Below, in pieces: positions 28,573 to 41,669 of a stretch of DNA of 64,000 bases. The translations under genes were made by a program, and so were the position numbers. Position 1 is the first letter of the stretch. Each line of letters starts with the position of its first letter. The stretch lies in the NCBI GenBank assembly GCA_951406725.2, contig OX597814.1, positions 145,700,001 to 145,764,000 of the forward strand, written 5' to 3'. The notes under the pieces are model-generated. The model was not told the origin of the DNA. It made no database searches and saw nothing but the letters and a program-made list of their open reading frames with translations. Origin of the DNA: Octopus vulgaris (lineage: Eukaryota).

Positions 28573-28627
<55 letters not shown>

Positions 28628-28659
28628 GTATGTATGTATGTATATATATATATATACAC

Positions 28660-28700
<41 letters not shown>

Positions 28701-28839
28701 TGTATGTATATATTATGTGTGTATGTGTGTATGTATGTATCTATCTACACAGTTTGAGCGTATATGATATTTATATGGTTGCTGTGGACTCGGAATCAAG
28801 TATGATAGCAGTTCGTCCTAAACTTACAGAGACAAAGCC

Positions 28840-29390
28840 TTTGCGTAATGGGGTTCCATGGCACTGAAGATCTAAACCAGTATAGCAAGACAAAAAGATA
28901 ACTTTATTAAACACTAGCAGCTTTAAAGAAGTATGCAAGAATGTGGGCAATCGAAAATACACAAATTTATCGGCGCCATCTCCTTTTCTAACGAATATCT
29001 GAAAACTTATTTTTTTATACGTCAATTCCTTTCATCTGTCTTCTAATTCGCTTCTGTCTTCTCGGAAACCTCCATCAAGTTTATAAAGATTTCTGTGTTT
29101 CTAAGGCATTGACAGCACTCTCATCATGACTACCATCTATAAATACACCGCCACCCACTCCTACTTTGGTTTCCTTTCTTCTTTCCCATTATGCACCATG
29201 GACCGTTTCTTAATCTCACTTTTCTCATTCACACCCTTTGTGCAAATGGCCACAACCTACTTAGAATATATAGCTGTTCATTATACGGGGATGCACCCCA
29301 CTCTGGTTGAATCATCCCAAGCCACAGTTTGCCAAGTCATCCACACTGCTACTCTTTCCTCTCACACCCGTCTCTGCTTTTATATGTCTG
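28840..29390 (+). mobile_element. Penelope-like RT fragment, degraded
   Basis: GVSMAL (cf. GVAMG), YVNSFH, and TTIYKYTATHSYFGFLSSFPLCT (cf. thumb motif T.IY.KPT..HSYL...SSHP). Confidence 0.55.
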
Positions 29391-30080
29391 GATAGGTCTG
29401 ACTCGAATTCTAACTAAAAAATGTATTTTCATCTATTCCCTAATATTCTTTTACCTTCCGTTTTTTCAATACTTATCTATTCCTAGTGTAACACATTCAC
29501 GTTTAGTAGCATGACCTCGTTCTTGACCTCATAGTTTTTCCTTCTCTCTATTCATACTTTTCCCTTCATACTTCATCTTTATGAAACTTTTTTTTATGCT
29601 TGTGTGCCTTAAATACACAGTTTCTACTACAGAAATTGTGTTAAGCTTTTCTTCCTTCTGATAAGAACATATTAACGTATAATGTTGTCGCGTTGATATC
29701 AATATCAGCTTTTTTATGTGTATTAATGTATTCGTATGCATACCTATTTGCGCAATACAAGTTATTGAATCAATCAGCCTCTGGATTTTGAAACAGTCTT
29801 TCAACCATTAGTTTTCTTACAAGATGTGTTTTGTTTAATTAAAATATGTTATAAATAACTTAATGCCATATAAAATTACGTGTCAATATTTTGTCTCTTT
29901 ATTACCCATTCAAGTTATACTTTTCTTATAGGCAACATTTGATGCGTTTGACTATTTTACAGTGAACAGGATATTGGATTTTAAGAATCTAGACAAGTAC
30001 AAGTACTACTTCATAGTGCTATTTAATTTACCCTTAAAATAGAACTTTTTTCAATCCGTAAGATTATACATATGTAATTC

Positions 30081-30299
30081 TCCATCCATCCATCCATCCA
30101 TCCATCAATCCATCCATCTATCCATCCATCCATCCATCCATCTATCTATCCATCCATACACATATACATATATACATACAAATATACCCTGTTGGTGTTG
30201 AGATATACATACATGCATACCTATACATACACATACACACATATATATATATACGCATACATACAAATATATATGTTTATATGTATGTATATATGTATG

Positions 30300-30340
<41 letters not shown>

Positions 30341-30350
30341 ATGTATATAT
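30081..30350. repeat. (CCAT)n plus (TA)n/(TG)n microsatellites
   Basis: Seen directly. Confidence 0.95.
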
Positions 30351-30566
30351 GTGCATTATCTATATATATCTATATACATACATTGGGTGAGAAAAAAACC
30401 TATATTATAAGGCGGTAATTGATCTACTATGAAGTCATCGTTGTTTAATTTGAATCGCCTGAGCACTACTAAGCGCCTTGTATACTGAGAATCTCTGGAT
30501 CTCAACTGTTGACTATATATTATATCAATACACATATGTATGTATATATACGAACGAATATATACA

Positions 30567-31362
30567 TTGGCATGGTATTGGTATTGGTATTGGCATCCCT
30601 TCTGTCTCGGGAGACAATGGAGTTGCGCATGAAGTAGTCTAGTCCGGCTTTTATATTTCATGTCCTGATACATTTCCTGCTGTGGCTGTGTAGTCCTATC
30701 CTGGACAAACACTCCCTCTGGCAGGTACCGCAAATGTAGCGAAGACTGTTCCTGGCTGGTTGTAGTGCTATAGTCTCTTGTTTACGTCTCTTCCTTTCTT
30801 TCCATTTCTCCTCTCTCTCTCTGTGTCACTCTTTTGTATTCCCTCTCTTACTGTACGTCGCCATTCTCCACGGTTGCAGGCAACTGCCTCCCAACCGCTA
30901 ATATTGATGTTGCAGGCCTTCATATCCCTTTTGCAAACATCCTTGTAACGTAAGATCGGTCTACCCACAGACCTAGTACCCCTAGCAAGCTCTCCGTAGA
31001 GTATGTCCTTGGGGATTCTGCCATCTTTCATACGGCTAATATGCCCAAGCCATCTCATACGTCTTTGTGTGAGGAGTGCAAACATGCTTGGTATTCCTGC
31101 TTGCCTGAGGACATCTTTGTTGGGGATATGATTCTGCCATTTGATGCGGAGGATTTTTCGGAGGCAGCGCAGGTGAAAGATGTTTAGGCGACGCTCTTGG
31201 CGTGTGTATAGCGTCCAGGTCTCGCTTCCATACAGAGATTGCTGAGTACACATGCCTGGTAGATCTTCATTTTCGTGGTCTTGGTCAGCTTATTATTGTC
31301 CCAAGCCCGTTTGGAGAGTTGGGCCATCGCAGCAGCTGCCTTGCCAATGCGTATATTGAGCT
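30567..31362 (-). mobile_element. RTE (BovB-like) LINE, 5'-truncated, with 3' end and (ACCAAT)n tail
   Basis: RIGKAAAAMAQL..., LYGSETWTLY...FHLRCLRKIL...MRWLGHISRMKDGRIPKDILYGEL...RYKDVCKRD. 3' end ctccattgtctcccgagacagaagggatgcc plus a short tandem tail. Confidence 0.92.
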
Positions 31363-31408
31363 AAAAAAAAAACAAATAAAAAACTAATAATAATTTAACA
31401 TTACTTGA

Positions 31409-31519
<111 letters not shown>

Positions 31520-31870
31520 TATGAGTGTATACCTATATGTGTATATATGAGTACAAAAATGTCTTACAAATCTCCCTTTGAATGTCTTGCTCGTCTTAGA
31601 ATTTCCCGATTTTGTCCTTATTTTCAAGCTGCTAAATTTTCTTCCTACTGTTGTGTATGCAGTGCATTGTCAAATACTTGTAATAAGATTAAAAACTGCA
31701 CTCTTGTATTTAAATTATAATGGCAATTTTCTGAAGCATCTGTACAAAACTCACATTTCGAATTATCAGTCCAAGCACGTATGCCACACTTGACCTACAA
31801 TCCATACTTAACTGAGGAGTTCCTTGAACATTTTAAAAAAATTACCGCGCTGAGCCAATATGATTCTAGT

Positions 31871-32178
31871 GGAGACACATGGCCTAGTGGTTAGAGCAGC
31901 AGACTCACAGTTGAGGGATCGCGATTTCGAATCTCAGACCAGGCGATGTGTGTGTTTATGAGCGAAACAACTAAGCTTCACGCGGCTCCGGCAGAAGGTA
32001 ATGGCGAACGTCTGCTGACTATTTCGCCAAAACTTTCTGTCACTCTTTCCTTCTGCATCTTGCAGCTCACCTGCGACGGACCGACGTCCCGTCCATGTGG
32101 GGAACCCATGCGCCAAGGAAACCGGGAAACCGGCTCTTATGAGTCTGGCGTGGCTCGAGAAGGAACAAACAACAACAA
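31871..32178 (+). mobile_element. tRNA-derived SINE with (CAA)n tail
   Basis: A-box tggcctagtgg, B-box-like atttcgaatctc, ends gaaggaacaaacaacaacaa. Confidence 0.75.
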
Positions 32179-33299
32179 AATATGATTCTAAAGGTACGTC
32201 TGTAAACTTACGATGCTTCTGTTGTTCAAAACATAAAATTGCCCTCTTCTCATCTTGTATACAGTGCAATTGTAGAATGCCAGATATCTTTCACTTGCAG
32301 TAAAACAGTTTTTTTTAATGTCTAGGTCTATTTATTGTAGATAAAGAAGTAATTACTTCAAAGTCGAGTCAAATTTAAAGAAATATTCTTGACTAATTTT
32401 TGTCGGTAAGACGTACATATCATGTGTGTGGCTATTTCTGCATTGGATGTTTTGTACATTTTTGTATCATTTACGTAAGGGTTATATAAAATGAATAATG
32501 TTTAGCTTATTCTTTGTTGCTGAATTCAGCATTTGCTATACTTTGAAATTCAAATTCAGTTTTATCCGAGATGCAAATTAGTAAGGGTGTATGGCGGCAT
32601 CTCCAAAACTAACTCTAATAAGATTATTGCACCAGTTTTACAAGTCAAACAAAACCAATATTTCCTTTAGCATATCTCTTGACAAGACAGTTACAATTCC
32701 CAATGTATGGAGGATTAACTTGACAGAGAACGAAATACTGTTTTTTTTAGTCTTTTTCCTATTTTACATATATGAAGTATAAAAAAAAAAAAAATGTAGC
32801 ATCTTAACTTTCCAAAAGCATAAACACATTCAAATAAATAACTTCTTCCTCTTGAGTAGGAAGACATTGGTGTAAACAATTCTATGATCAACACAGACAA
32901 AAATAATGTGCTAAAATATATTTATATGTGATACTAAGAAATAACAGAAGTGGTTAAATTTTGTTTTGCACAAGGTGTGCAAAACAATGTGTTTGAAAAT
33001 AAATTCTACACAGTAGTCCAATTTACTTTTCAAGTACCAGTTACCATCGTGAAAAAATACATAAAAGTAACATTGGACAAAAATACCATGTGAGCTTGGC
33101 TCGATAAATGTTCGATGAGGACTGGTTTCTCGTTTAATAGCTACAACAATGAAGGTATTTTGAAATTCTATCTATATATCTATCTATTTTACTTTTTAAA
33201 AAGCTTTTTCCATTTTTCTTATTCATTTTCGAAAAGAAAAGCTCTACATTTGTATTTGTTCCTACTGTGTTCAACCCTGCATGGTCAATAAAGAAAGTT

Positions 33300-33302
33300 A
33301 TG

Positions 33303-33336
<34 letters not shown>

Positions 33337-33370
33337 TGTATGTATGTATGTATGTATGTATGTATGTATG

Positions 33371-33446
<76 letters not shown>
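33300..33446. repeat. (TATG)n(TATC)n compound microsatellite
   Basis: Seen directly. Confidence 0.98.
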
Positions 33447-33613
33447 GAACACACACCTATATGTTATTTATCAGCTGATAAATCACTAAAGTTATGAGAG
33501 AAGCGAGAATTTCGTTTACGGCACATATAAAAGCTTTCATAACACTTGGCTTTAGAGCCATCATTGGAACAACTATTTAACCAATTTATGTATGTGTGTG
33601 ACTGTATGTATGT

Positions 33614-33676
<63 letters not shown>

Positions 33677-34016
33677 GGGAGTATAACTCCAAACTAATAG
33701 GGAAAAATTCAATTTAGTATTAAATCAAATTTCATAATGTAAATATATAATATATAAATTAGAGAATAAAAACACTATTATGCAATTCGAACAATGATAG
33801 ACATAAGCCAAATCATAAATTATAAATACAAAATATTTTTATAAAACATAACTAGATCAAAAAATGTATTAAAATTAATAATCAATATATAATAAGTAAT
33901 CAGTATTTGAATTGCATAATAGAGGTTTTTCTCTTATATATATATAGGTAAATGTAAAAAAACACAAACTGGGACAAGAACGCAAAACATTTAGAAGACT
34001 ATACAGTAGGTATGTA

Positions 34017-34070
<54 letters not shown>

Positions 34071-34334
34071 TACATACCTACATACATTCATACGTATATA
34101 TGGAAGACATCCATACATTCAGTTATAAATGTTTTCATGTCTTTCCTGATGAATCGAAATACTTGTGTATCTGCGACTTCACCGTTTACATAATCTCGCT
34201 ATAATGGTTGAAACTTAACTAGTGAATTTAAAGGTCAATCTTTTTACTTAGCTTTTTTATTTCCCTACATTTATGGTGTGCCGCCTCTTCTTTTACTTCT
34301 CCACTAGGCGGCACTTTAATCACCTTTATTCTGC

Positions 34335-34863
34335 TTTTTTATTCTTTTTATTCATTTCGGTTATTTGACCGCGGCCATGCTGGAGCACCGCTTTACTCGA
34401 GCAAGTCGACCCCGGCACTTATTCTTAGTATGCCTAGTATTTATTCTATCGATCTCTTTTGCTGAACCGCTATGTTACGGGAACGTAAACACACCAGCAT
34501 CGGTTCTGAAGCCAGGGTGGTGATAGTTGCACAAGCATATACACTGGCCAGATCGGAGCAATCTCAAGATTAATCAGCCGAAATTGCGAAGATGATCCGG
34601 TTCTTGACTGAAGATTGAAGGCTTCGAATGTCCCGTCCGTGTTTTTTTGTATCGTCTTCTAAATGTTTTACGTTCTTGTCCCAGTTTGTATTTTTTTACA
34701 TTTGCATATATATATAAGATGGGCTGTTTTCACTTTCTGTCTACCAATTCACTCACAAACCCTTGGTCGGCCTGAGGTTATTGTAGAAGACACTTGCTCA
34801 AGGTGGTATACGGTGGGACCGAACCCGGAACTATACAGTTGGTAAACAAGCCACTCCTGCGCC
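34335..34863 (-). mobile_element. SINE family A split by a ~165-bp insert (34541-34705) at its internal microsatellite
   Basis: The 3' half (34335-34520) and 5' half (34718-34863, ending ccactcctgcgcc) match the reverse complement of 28154-28560. Confidence 0.8.
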
Positions 34864-34975
34864 GACCAGTTCAAATATTTTTTCTTCATTTGTATTCTGC
34901 TTATATTTATACGAGCTATCAATACTATAATTTCCATTTATACTTTTTTTCACATGACCCAAGTCTTGAACGCTT

Positions 34976-35448
34976 CATCAACATCATTGTTCGACCGTGG
35001 TCGAGACAATGGAATTTACCATGCTACGCTAGACTTCACGGTCCATCATGGCATTACGGAGGTCCTGTTGCTGGATGCCTGTATCCCTGGAGATTACATC
35101 AGGGTAGGAGAGTGTGCGCCCTCTGGTATTGCGAGTAGATGGCTTTCAGAGGAGAAGAGTAGAAATTACTTCTTTTTATAGCTCTACAACAATGTCCAGC
35201 AAACTGGACTCTCCTACCTTTCACAAGAGATGACACAGGTGGTAATTTCCCATATATTTGCATTTTGGTTGGATGGCGCTTCCACGAGAGATTTTGAGCT
35301 CTCATAAGGAGGCGAGTGTAGGTTCCATCCAACCGCCTCTCAAGCTTCTTTGATAGCGTCCAGGTTTCTGAGCCATATAGTTGAATTGGTTCGACTGTGG
35401 CTTTGAAGATTTCAAGTTTGAAGTCTCTACTTAGATTTGATGACCAGA
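34976..35448 (-). mobile_element. RTE-group (RTE-X-like) LINE 3' fragment with 12-bp TSD
   Basis: LYGSETWTLSKKLERRLDGTYTRLLMRAQNLSW...RRVQFAGHC. TSD tcttgaacgctt at 34964-34975 and 35449-35460. Confidence 0.88.
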
Positions 35449-35949
35449 TCTTGAACGCTTGGTTGTGTTCTTCGCTCTACATGTATAATGCAACATGGAG
35501 ACAACTTTACAAAACTATTAAAATCTGATTCTTACTATATTTATTTATTCTCACTCCAGACTGACGCTGTATAATATGTCATATATGCGTGCATAGACGC
35601 GCATACACAGAAACACATGCGCTCAGACACACATACAAGAACAGACAGGCACATGTGCGTTCACATACATGCATATAAGCACATACATACACTCTTGTGC
35701 TTCACTCACAAATACACGGATACACACGTTAATGTGTGTAAGTTACAATAAAAGCAATTTTATATTAAATTGAAGAATTTACTCAATCGATTTGGTAGAT
35801 AAAAATGTATTATTCTTCGACATGAATAGTATTGACAATGACGTCGAAATTTCTGCCGGCTCAGCCATCATCAAAAGTAAAGCGTGACTTTTTATCGTTA
35901 CTGTTAAGTTGGAATATTCTTGGTTAACATAAGTTCTGTTGAATGATAA

Positions 35950-36742
35950 TTAGGTGGCCTGGTATATTGTGGTAGCAATGTGGTTTAGATAAGTTCCATT
36001 GATTAAATTTAAGGAAGAGCTAATTGTTAGAAGTTATTAATGCCGGTAAAGCTTTTTTAATCAACTGTGTATGTTGAAGTGCGTCAGCTTCAGGTCATTA
36101 TAGTTCGCAAAAGAGAGAAGTTAGGCTTTGCATTGTGAGCAGCGTCCTAATTCTTCTATCCATGTTCTTTAGCTGTTTCTTTTGTGGGTAATTATTGGTT
36201 ACTCTGCTAATCCATGATGTTTGTTCTCTATCTGCTTTGTATGTTCAGCATAATCACGTTCAGTCTTTCACTATTGAGGAAGTCTCCAGTTCCAGCTGGG
36301 ATATTCACTGCCTTTTCACGGGTAATTTTTTTTTCGTCTAGGCTAGGATTCTTTGCCCAGTGATAGAGAACATGTCTTTCTCAATCCGAATTTTATGCAT
36401 TCTTTTCCGGTATCCTAACTTGGTGCGCTCGGTTTTGTAATAGCATTCCGCCACAATTCTATTGTCGTTTGGAAACAATTTTCTCATAACCATTGTAGCA
36501 CAATTTGAATAATGACGACATACACCCTACTGCCCAGTGGGGCACTTGCTGTACAAGAGATCTTCATTCGGGGTTAGAGTCAAGGGAACGTGTTGATTTT
36601 TATTTGGTATTACACTCATAAAGCGATATATGGTTGTGAGATGTCACAACCACCAGTGCTTTTATAGAGTCATTGTCACTACAAGATAGCCAGCCGTGTA
36701 GATTGGTCCCCCTGGCAGACATTCCTTTTGTTCTTGTGATAT

Positions 36743-36745
<3 letters not shown>
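35950..36745 (-). mobile_element. R4/Dong-like element 5' region, apparently internally deleted
   Basis: Starts next to (TTA)n 36746-36780. Minus strand DNRIVAECYYKTERTKLGYRKRMHKIRIEKDMF...SQLELE resembles the Dong N-terminal Myb-like region, followed by QLKNMDRRIRTLLTM. Confidence 0.65.
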
Positions 36746-36780
<35 letters not shown>

Positions 36781-36889
36781 GCTCTTCTGAGCTTTTTGTA
36801 TGTATGGCTGTTAACTCCTCAGTTCATCCACCCTTAGCAAGCTGCCTGAATCGTTACCACGCCACAGACATGCCTAGTTGTATTTCGAT

Positions 36890-37240
36890 GGTCCTTATGT
36901 TCTGACCCCAAATTCTGCCAAGGTTGAATTTTCGGTGTCGATCACTTGAAACGATATAATCGACTTGTGCTTACCACAAGAAAAAAATCAGGTCTTGCGC
37001 CTATAATACAAACGATTTTTAAGGCGGTGAGCCGGCAGAATCTTTATCGCGCTGGGCCCAATGATTCGCAATGTCTTGCCCGTCGCTATGTTCTGAGTTC
37101 AAATTCCACTGAGTTCTATTTTACCTTACATCATTTTGGGGTCTATAAATTAAGTACCAGTGAAACACTGGGGTCGATGTAATCTATTTCTCCCATCCTC
37201 CAAAATTTCAAGCCTTGTGCCTACAATAGAAAAGATTATT
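36890..37240 (+). mobile_element. Two adjacent SINE family C copies (partial plus complete from 37021)
   Basis: Head aaggcggtgagccggcagaa, core gttctgagttcaaattccactgag, tail ccttgtgcctacaatagaaaag. Confidence 0.75.
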
Positions 37241-37770
37241 ATTATTGTTATTATTCTTATGTTCAGTGAGTTGGTGCACTTAAAGCTACAACTAATTCCG
37301 CTGCTGCTTTACTGCTGCTTTACCAAAAATATTTTAGGAGGAAATGATTTTGTGAATAGTGCTTTTGAATAATATCTGTCATCTCAGTTCAATATATTGA
37401 GTGAGTCAATGTTTCAGAAATTTTACATGTGAAGAAATATCATTTGTCTTTCCTGGAGTATGTGTTTGAAATACCGTATTCTAAAAATAATTTAAGACAA
37501 ACGATACAAATATCTCATATCCTCGATGCAGTTTAATTTCCGATGTATTTCTCACACTTTGCATACCATTTATGCTCAATGAAATATGCATACTAGCATT
37601 CCCTGAAATATAACCCTCTTTTTATCCCTCACCTGAGACTTGTATCGAAAGAGATTCCGTTAATACTCATATAAAGAAAATGAGAATAGGTTTAAGGCAA
37701 AGGAAATAATATTTGTTTTGGAACATCGGATCACGAAGCACATAAATTTAAAAATAATAGCACGTAAATA

Positions 37771-37903
37771 TTGGGTTGTAAAACCCCTTTTGAATAGAAA
37801 ATGTGTAAGGCCGCCCAAGGTAAAACACCTGTTATTTTTACAGGAGGCGTAGGCTCGTGTTCCACGAGCAGCCTTTCTATCCGAAAATGTCTTTTTGACC
37901 CAA
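37771..37903. mobile_element. Small mariner-like MITE candidate
   Basis: TA-ttgggt... and ...acccaa-TA ends with a degenerate ~30-bp inverted match. Internal hairpin gctcgtg-ttc-cacgagc. Confidence 0.4.
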
Positions 37904-39713
37904 TAGATACTTGCTATTATTTATAGCTTTATGTACTTCGCGATCCATTATTCCAAAATTTATTATTTTTCGAAAGTTTATATATTATTATGATGATAAG
38001 AAAATTGATGGAGTTTGACACCTAGATATAAAACCCAATGTTTTTCAAATCTCATCTTAGTGTTCACTCAGATATAGATTTTAGCACGTTCTAACCAAAT
38101 GCAAGACGTTTTGGCTTGCATGGTACACCCTTGGTCATAATTCGGCTCATGCCGTAGAGCTAGCTAATACTTATTGTCACTAAGTAAGATGTTTTTCAAA
38201 CAGAAGTACAGCATTGAAAGACATCACACAAGAAATGTTAGAAAGTACATTTAAATTCTTCCATATTTTCTTTGTTGGAACATTTCGAGCGAAAGTAGTG
38301 TTTTTGTTCAATGCATGAGGATAGCAATTGTTCAGTAGAAAATATTTTTCATAAACGAAAAATTTGCACAAGAAAAATACTTTAGAATAAGAATCTAAAA
38401 CAACGAATTGAATCGGGGAAAAGAAAAGGAAAAAATAAAACCCTTGAACATTTCAGTCACTTTATTGTTGAACAACAACAAAAAAATAGTAATTTAAATC
38501 TGAATTAGTTTTAACAACATCTATATATTTTTTAAAATCCCTAAAATTAAAAAATCTGCAATATATATTGGCTTAACCAAGTCATAAAGCCTATCTGCAA
38601 TAAAAACTGTAATTGAATTTTATTTTCAATCTGCAGCTGAGAAACGTAATTTGACATTTTCATATTTTAAAGTATATTACGATGAGTGATATTTCAGAAA
38701 ATGGCATTTATTTTTTCTTTTATGCCTCTGTAAGAGCTTCTACCTCGTTACAATTCTGAGATTGTATTTATCTACTTTAAGTGAAGTTCCTCTCACAGTT
38801 TTTGTTTGGCGGAAGAATTAGTACAATGCCTTAATTACGGATAGTTTTATAGTCTGAAGCAGTGGCAATACAAGTAAGTTATATTCAGGATGTTGAAGCC
38901 ATTAGAGTCGTTGAATCTTACGATTCGTACTAGAGTACACTATGTTATATAGAGACCTGTCAGTTACGGTGTTTAAACCAATGACATTGTATCTGACCAT
39001 TGTGCTGGCACAAATACTGAGGCTTGATGATTCGAGCATCATCAATCTGGACATTATATATTAGTGCTGGATGCATATGTTGACCCGGTTGTTTATTTAC
39101 ATAACAACAAAGAAATTGTATAATATACTTACTGTTTTATAAACAATATTTCGGGATTAATAAATAGTTTAATATGCTTAGTTTTACGCAAATATAAATA
39201 TCAGTAATCTACTTTACTGAAATTATTGATGTCAATATTATATTTCACTAATATTAACATTACATTGTATATATTCATGTTTGAAAAGCAAAATATTGAC
39301 TAGCCACAGATACAGTGATATTCAAAAATTAACCAAACTCGATGTCATTTTTGTATTCGAGTTTAGATCATCGATGAAATTCAGTATAAACCATATGTTA
39401 ACTTGGTTATGCCTATAGGCGTGAATGTGTGTGTACATGTGTTGAAGCATATATATATATACATACATATAAAGTATATCCAAAACAACGACTAACGAAC
39501 AAAAAAAGAATAACGCTATGACGTGGTACATCTAAAGTATTAGCAGACGCTCAGGGAAGGAAAAAAAGATGGTTTAACATTTCGAGCAAAGCTCTTCTTA
39601 AGAAACAGAGGAAAGTCCAATAGAAAAGGAAGACAGAGGAAGAATTCGTCAACGATTCACATGTGGTTACACACTGAGACACACACACACACACATAGGT
39701 ATACGTATATGTA

Positions 39714-40983
39714 CGAGGGGCGTTCAATAAGTAATGCCCCTGACCCACTTGCAGTTGCTTGATCTAGCTGATATTTTGCATGTGCACATATTTATACCTC
39801 TATAGATTAAGTGGCGAATTACAGCTCTGAACTAATTGTGGTTTCTGCTTTACAGGTGTTTGAACTGAGTCAAGTGTGAAATGGAGCCTGTTGAGTGTCG
39901 AGCAGTGATCTGGTTTTTGTATTTGAAAGGACGCACACCACGGGAGACTTTTGATGAAATGAAAGTAACTTATGGTGATGATGCCCCATCATATGACCTT
40001 GTAAAACGCTGGCATTGTGAATTCAAACATAGTCGGAACTCTGTGGAAACAGCTCCCAGATCTGGTCGCCCCCTTCTGCCGTTGATGAGACGTCTGTCCG
40101 TCAAGTTGAGGCTGCCATTTTGGAAGGTCAATGCATAACTATTCGCCAAATAGCCCATAAGGTCAGGATTAGTACCGGGTCTGTGGAAACTATCATTCAT
40201 GACCATTTGCATAGGCAAAAGGTGTCTGCCAGATGGATTTCCAGGTTGCTCACACCTTTCCAGAAGCAAGAACGCGTTGAGTGCTCGAGGATGAATTTGG
40301 AGATGTGCCAAGAAGATGAGTCAAAATTTTTCAAAAGACTGATCACACAGGATGAGACCTGGGTCCATCACTATGATCCAGAGACCAAAGCCCAGTCAAT
40401 GCAGTGAAAGCACCGTGACTCACCTCCTCCAAAGAAGGCAAGGGTGCAGCCCTCCGCTGACAAGTTTATATTCAGAGTCTTCTGGGACCAGGACGGAGTA
40501 GTGATGACAGATTTCCTGGCAAAGGGTACCACAATGACAGGAGCCTATTATGCTTCACTTTTGAGGAAATTAAGAGAAGCTATCAAAATCAAGAGGCGGG
40601 GCAAGATCAGCAAAGGCATCCTCCTCCTGCAAGACAACGCTCCGGTTCACAACTCGCGTGTCGCCAGATCAGAAGCACAGGCGTGCAGCTATGAACTCCT
40701 CCCTTTGCACCCTCTGATTTTCACCTCTTCCCAGCCATGAAGTTGATTTTGAAAGGAAAGCGTTTCCCAGATGATGCAGCCTTGATTTCTGAAGTTACGT
40801 CGTGGTTGGAGGACCAAGCTGGGGTCTTCTACAAAAACGGTCTCCACAGCTGTATCAAACGATGGGAGAAATGCATAACTCTGGGTAGTTCCTATGTAGG
40901 AAAAGACTAATAATTGTGCCAAGTGTCGTTGCTCTACTGCTATAGGAAGTGGGTCAGGGGCATTACTTATTGAACGCCCCTCG
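39714..40983 (+). mobile_element. Full-length mariner (DD34D, irritans-like) transposon with 37-bp perfect TIRs and TA TSD
   Basis: cgaggggcgttcaataagtaatgcccctgacccactt at both ends (inverted). TA at 39712-39713 and 40984-40985. Length 1270 bp. Confidence 0.96.
39881..40910 (+). pseudogene. Mariner transposase pseudogene
   Basis: HTH start MEPVECRAVIWFLYLKG, then KVSARWISRLLT, TQDETWVHHYDPETK, LLQDNAPVH, LAPSDFHLF. Frameshift near 40075, TGA at 40405-40407, and a deletion removing the HPPYSPD motif. Confidence 0.93.
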
Positions 40984-41219
40984 TATATACGCATGTACAT
41001 ACCTATGTATATATGTGTATAAGTGTGTGTGTGGATGTGTACGTACATATATACATATACATACGTGTATACACAGATGTAATCAGACTCACATATATAT
41101 ATTAATGTAAATAATGATAATTATTATATGTTTCAATTTTATGAGCGTTCACCAAGTATTGGTTAAAGAAAATAGTTAATATTGGATCATATAAGCCCTC
41201 GGCGGAAAAATCTCCATTT

Positions 41220-41590
41220 TAGCCGGCTGGAAATAGAACCCACACCTCTGGTATTCGCGATAAAGGTGCTACCGATAACACGTTTAGTATTTGTTTATTT
41301 GAAGATGAAGAGGTATGTCTGAGAGAAATAGTCTTTCTTAGGATTTGGTTAATGGTTTTGGCGTGATAGCATTCGATATTGTTTACGCAATTTTGATTTT
41401 TTTTTCCCGTTTTCTTACTTATAAGAGTTATAGATATTGGATTCCAGATCAAGCGTAACGTCTAGGAAGCTGGCTGACTTTAATCGTGTTTCCACTGTAA
41501 TAGAGAAGTTTAAGTTTTGGAAGAATTAATGTAGCAGCATCTTAAATTCATCAGTTTGTTTTGGGGACTGTAATTTCAGTGGTGGCTCTG
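41220..41590 (-). mobile_element. Penelope-like RT C-terminal fragment
   Basis: Minus strand FFQNLNFSITVETRLKSASFLDVTLDLESNIYNSYK...TISLRHTSSSSNKQIL. Confidence 0.7.
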
Positions 41591-41624
41591 AATTCTTTAT
41601 AAAATTTTTAGAGATAAATTTAAA

Positions 41625-41669
<45 letters not shown>

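Noticed and set aside
34601-34640. Hammerhead at ctgaagattgaaggcttcgaatg
   Set aside because: GAAA is not intact, the stem II loop is too small, and stems I and III are not convincing.
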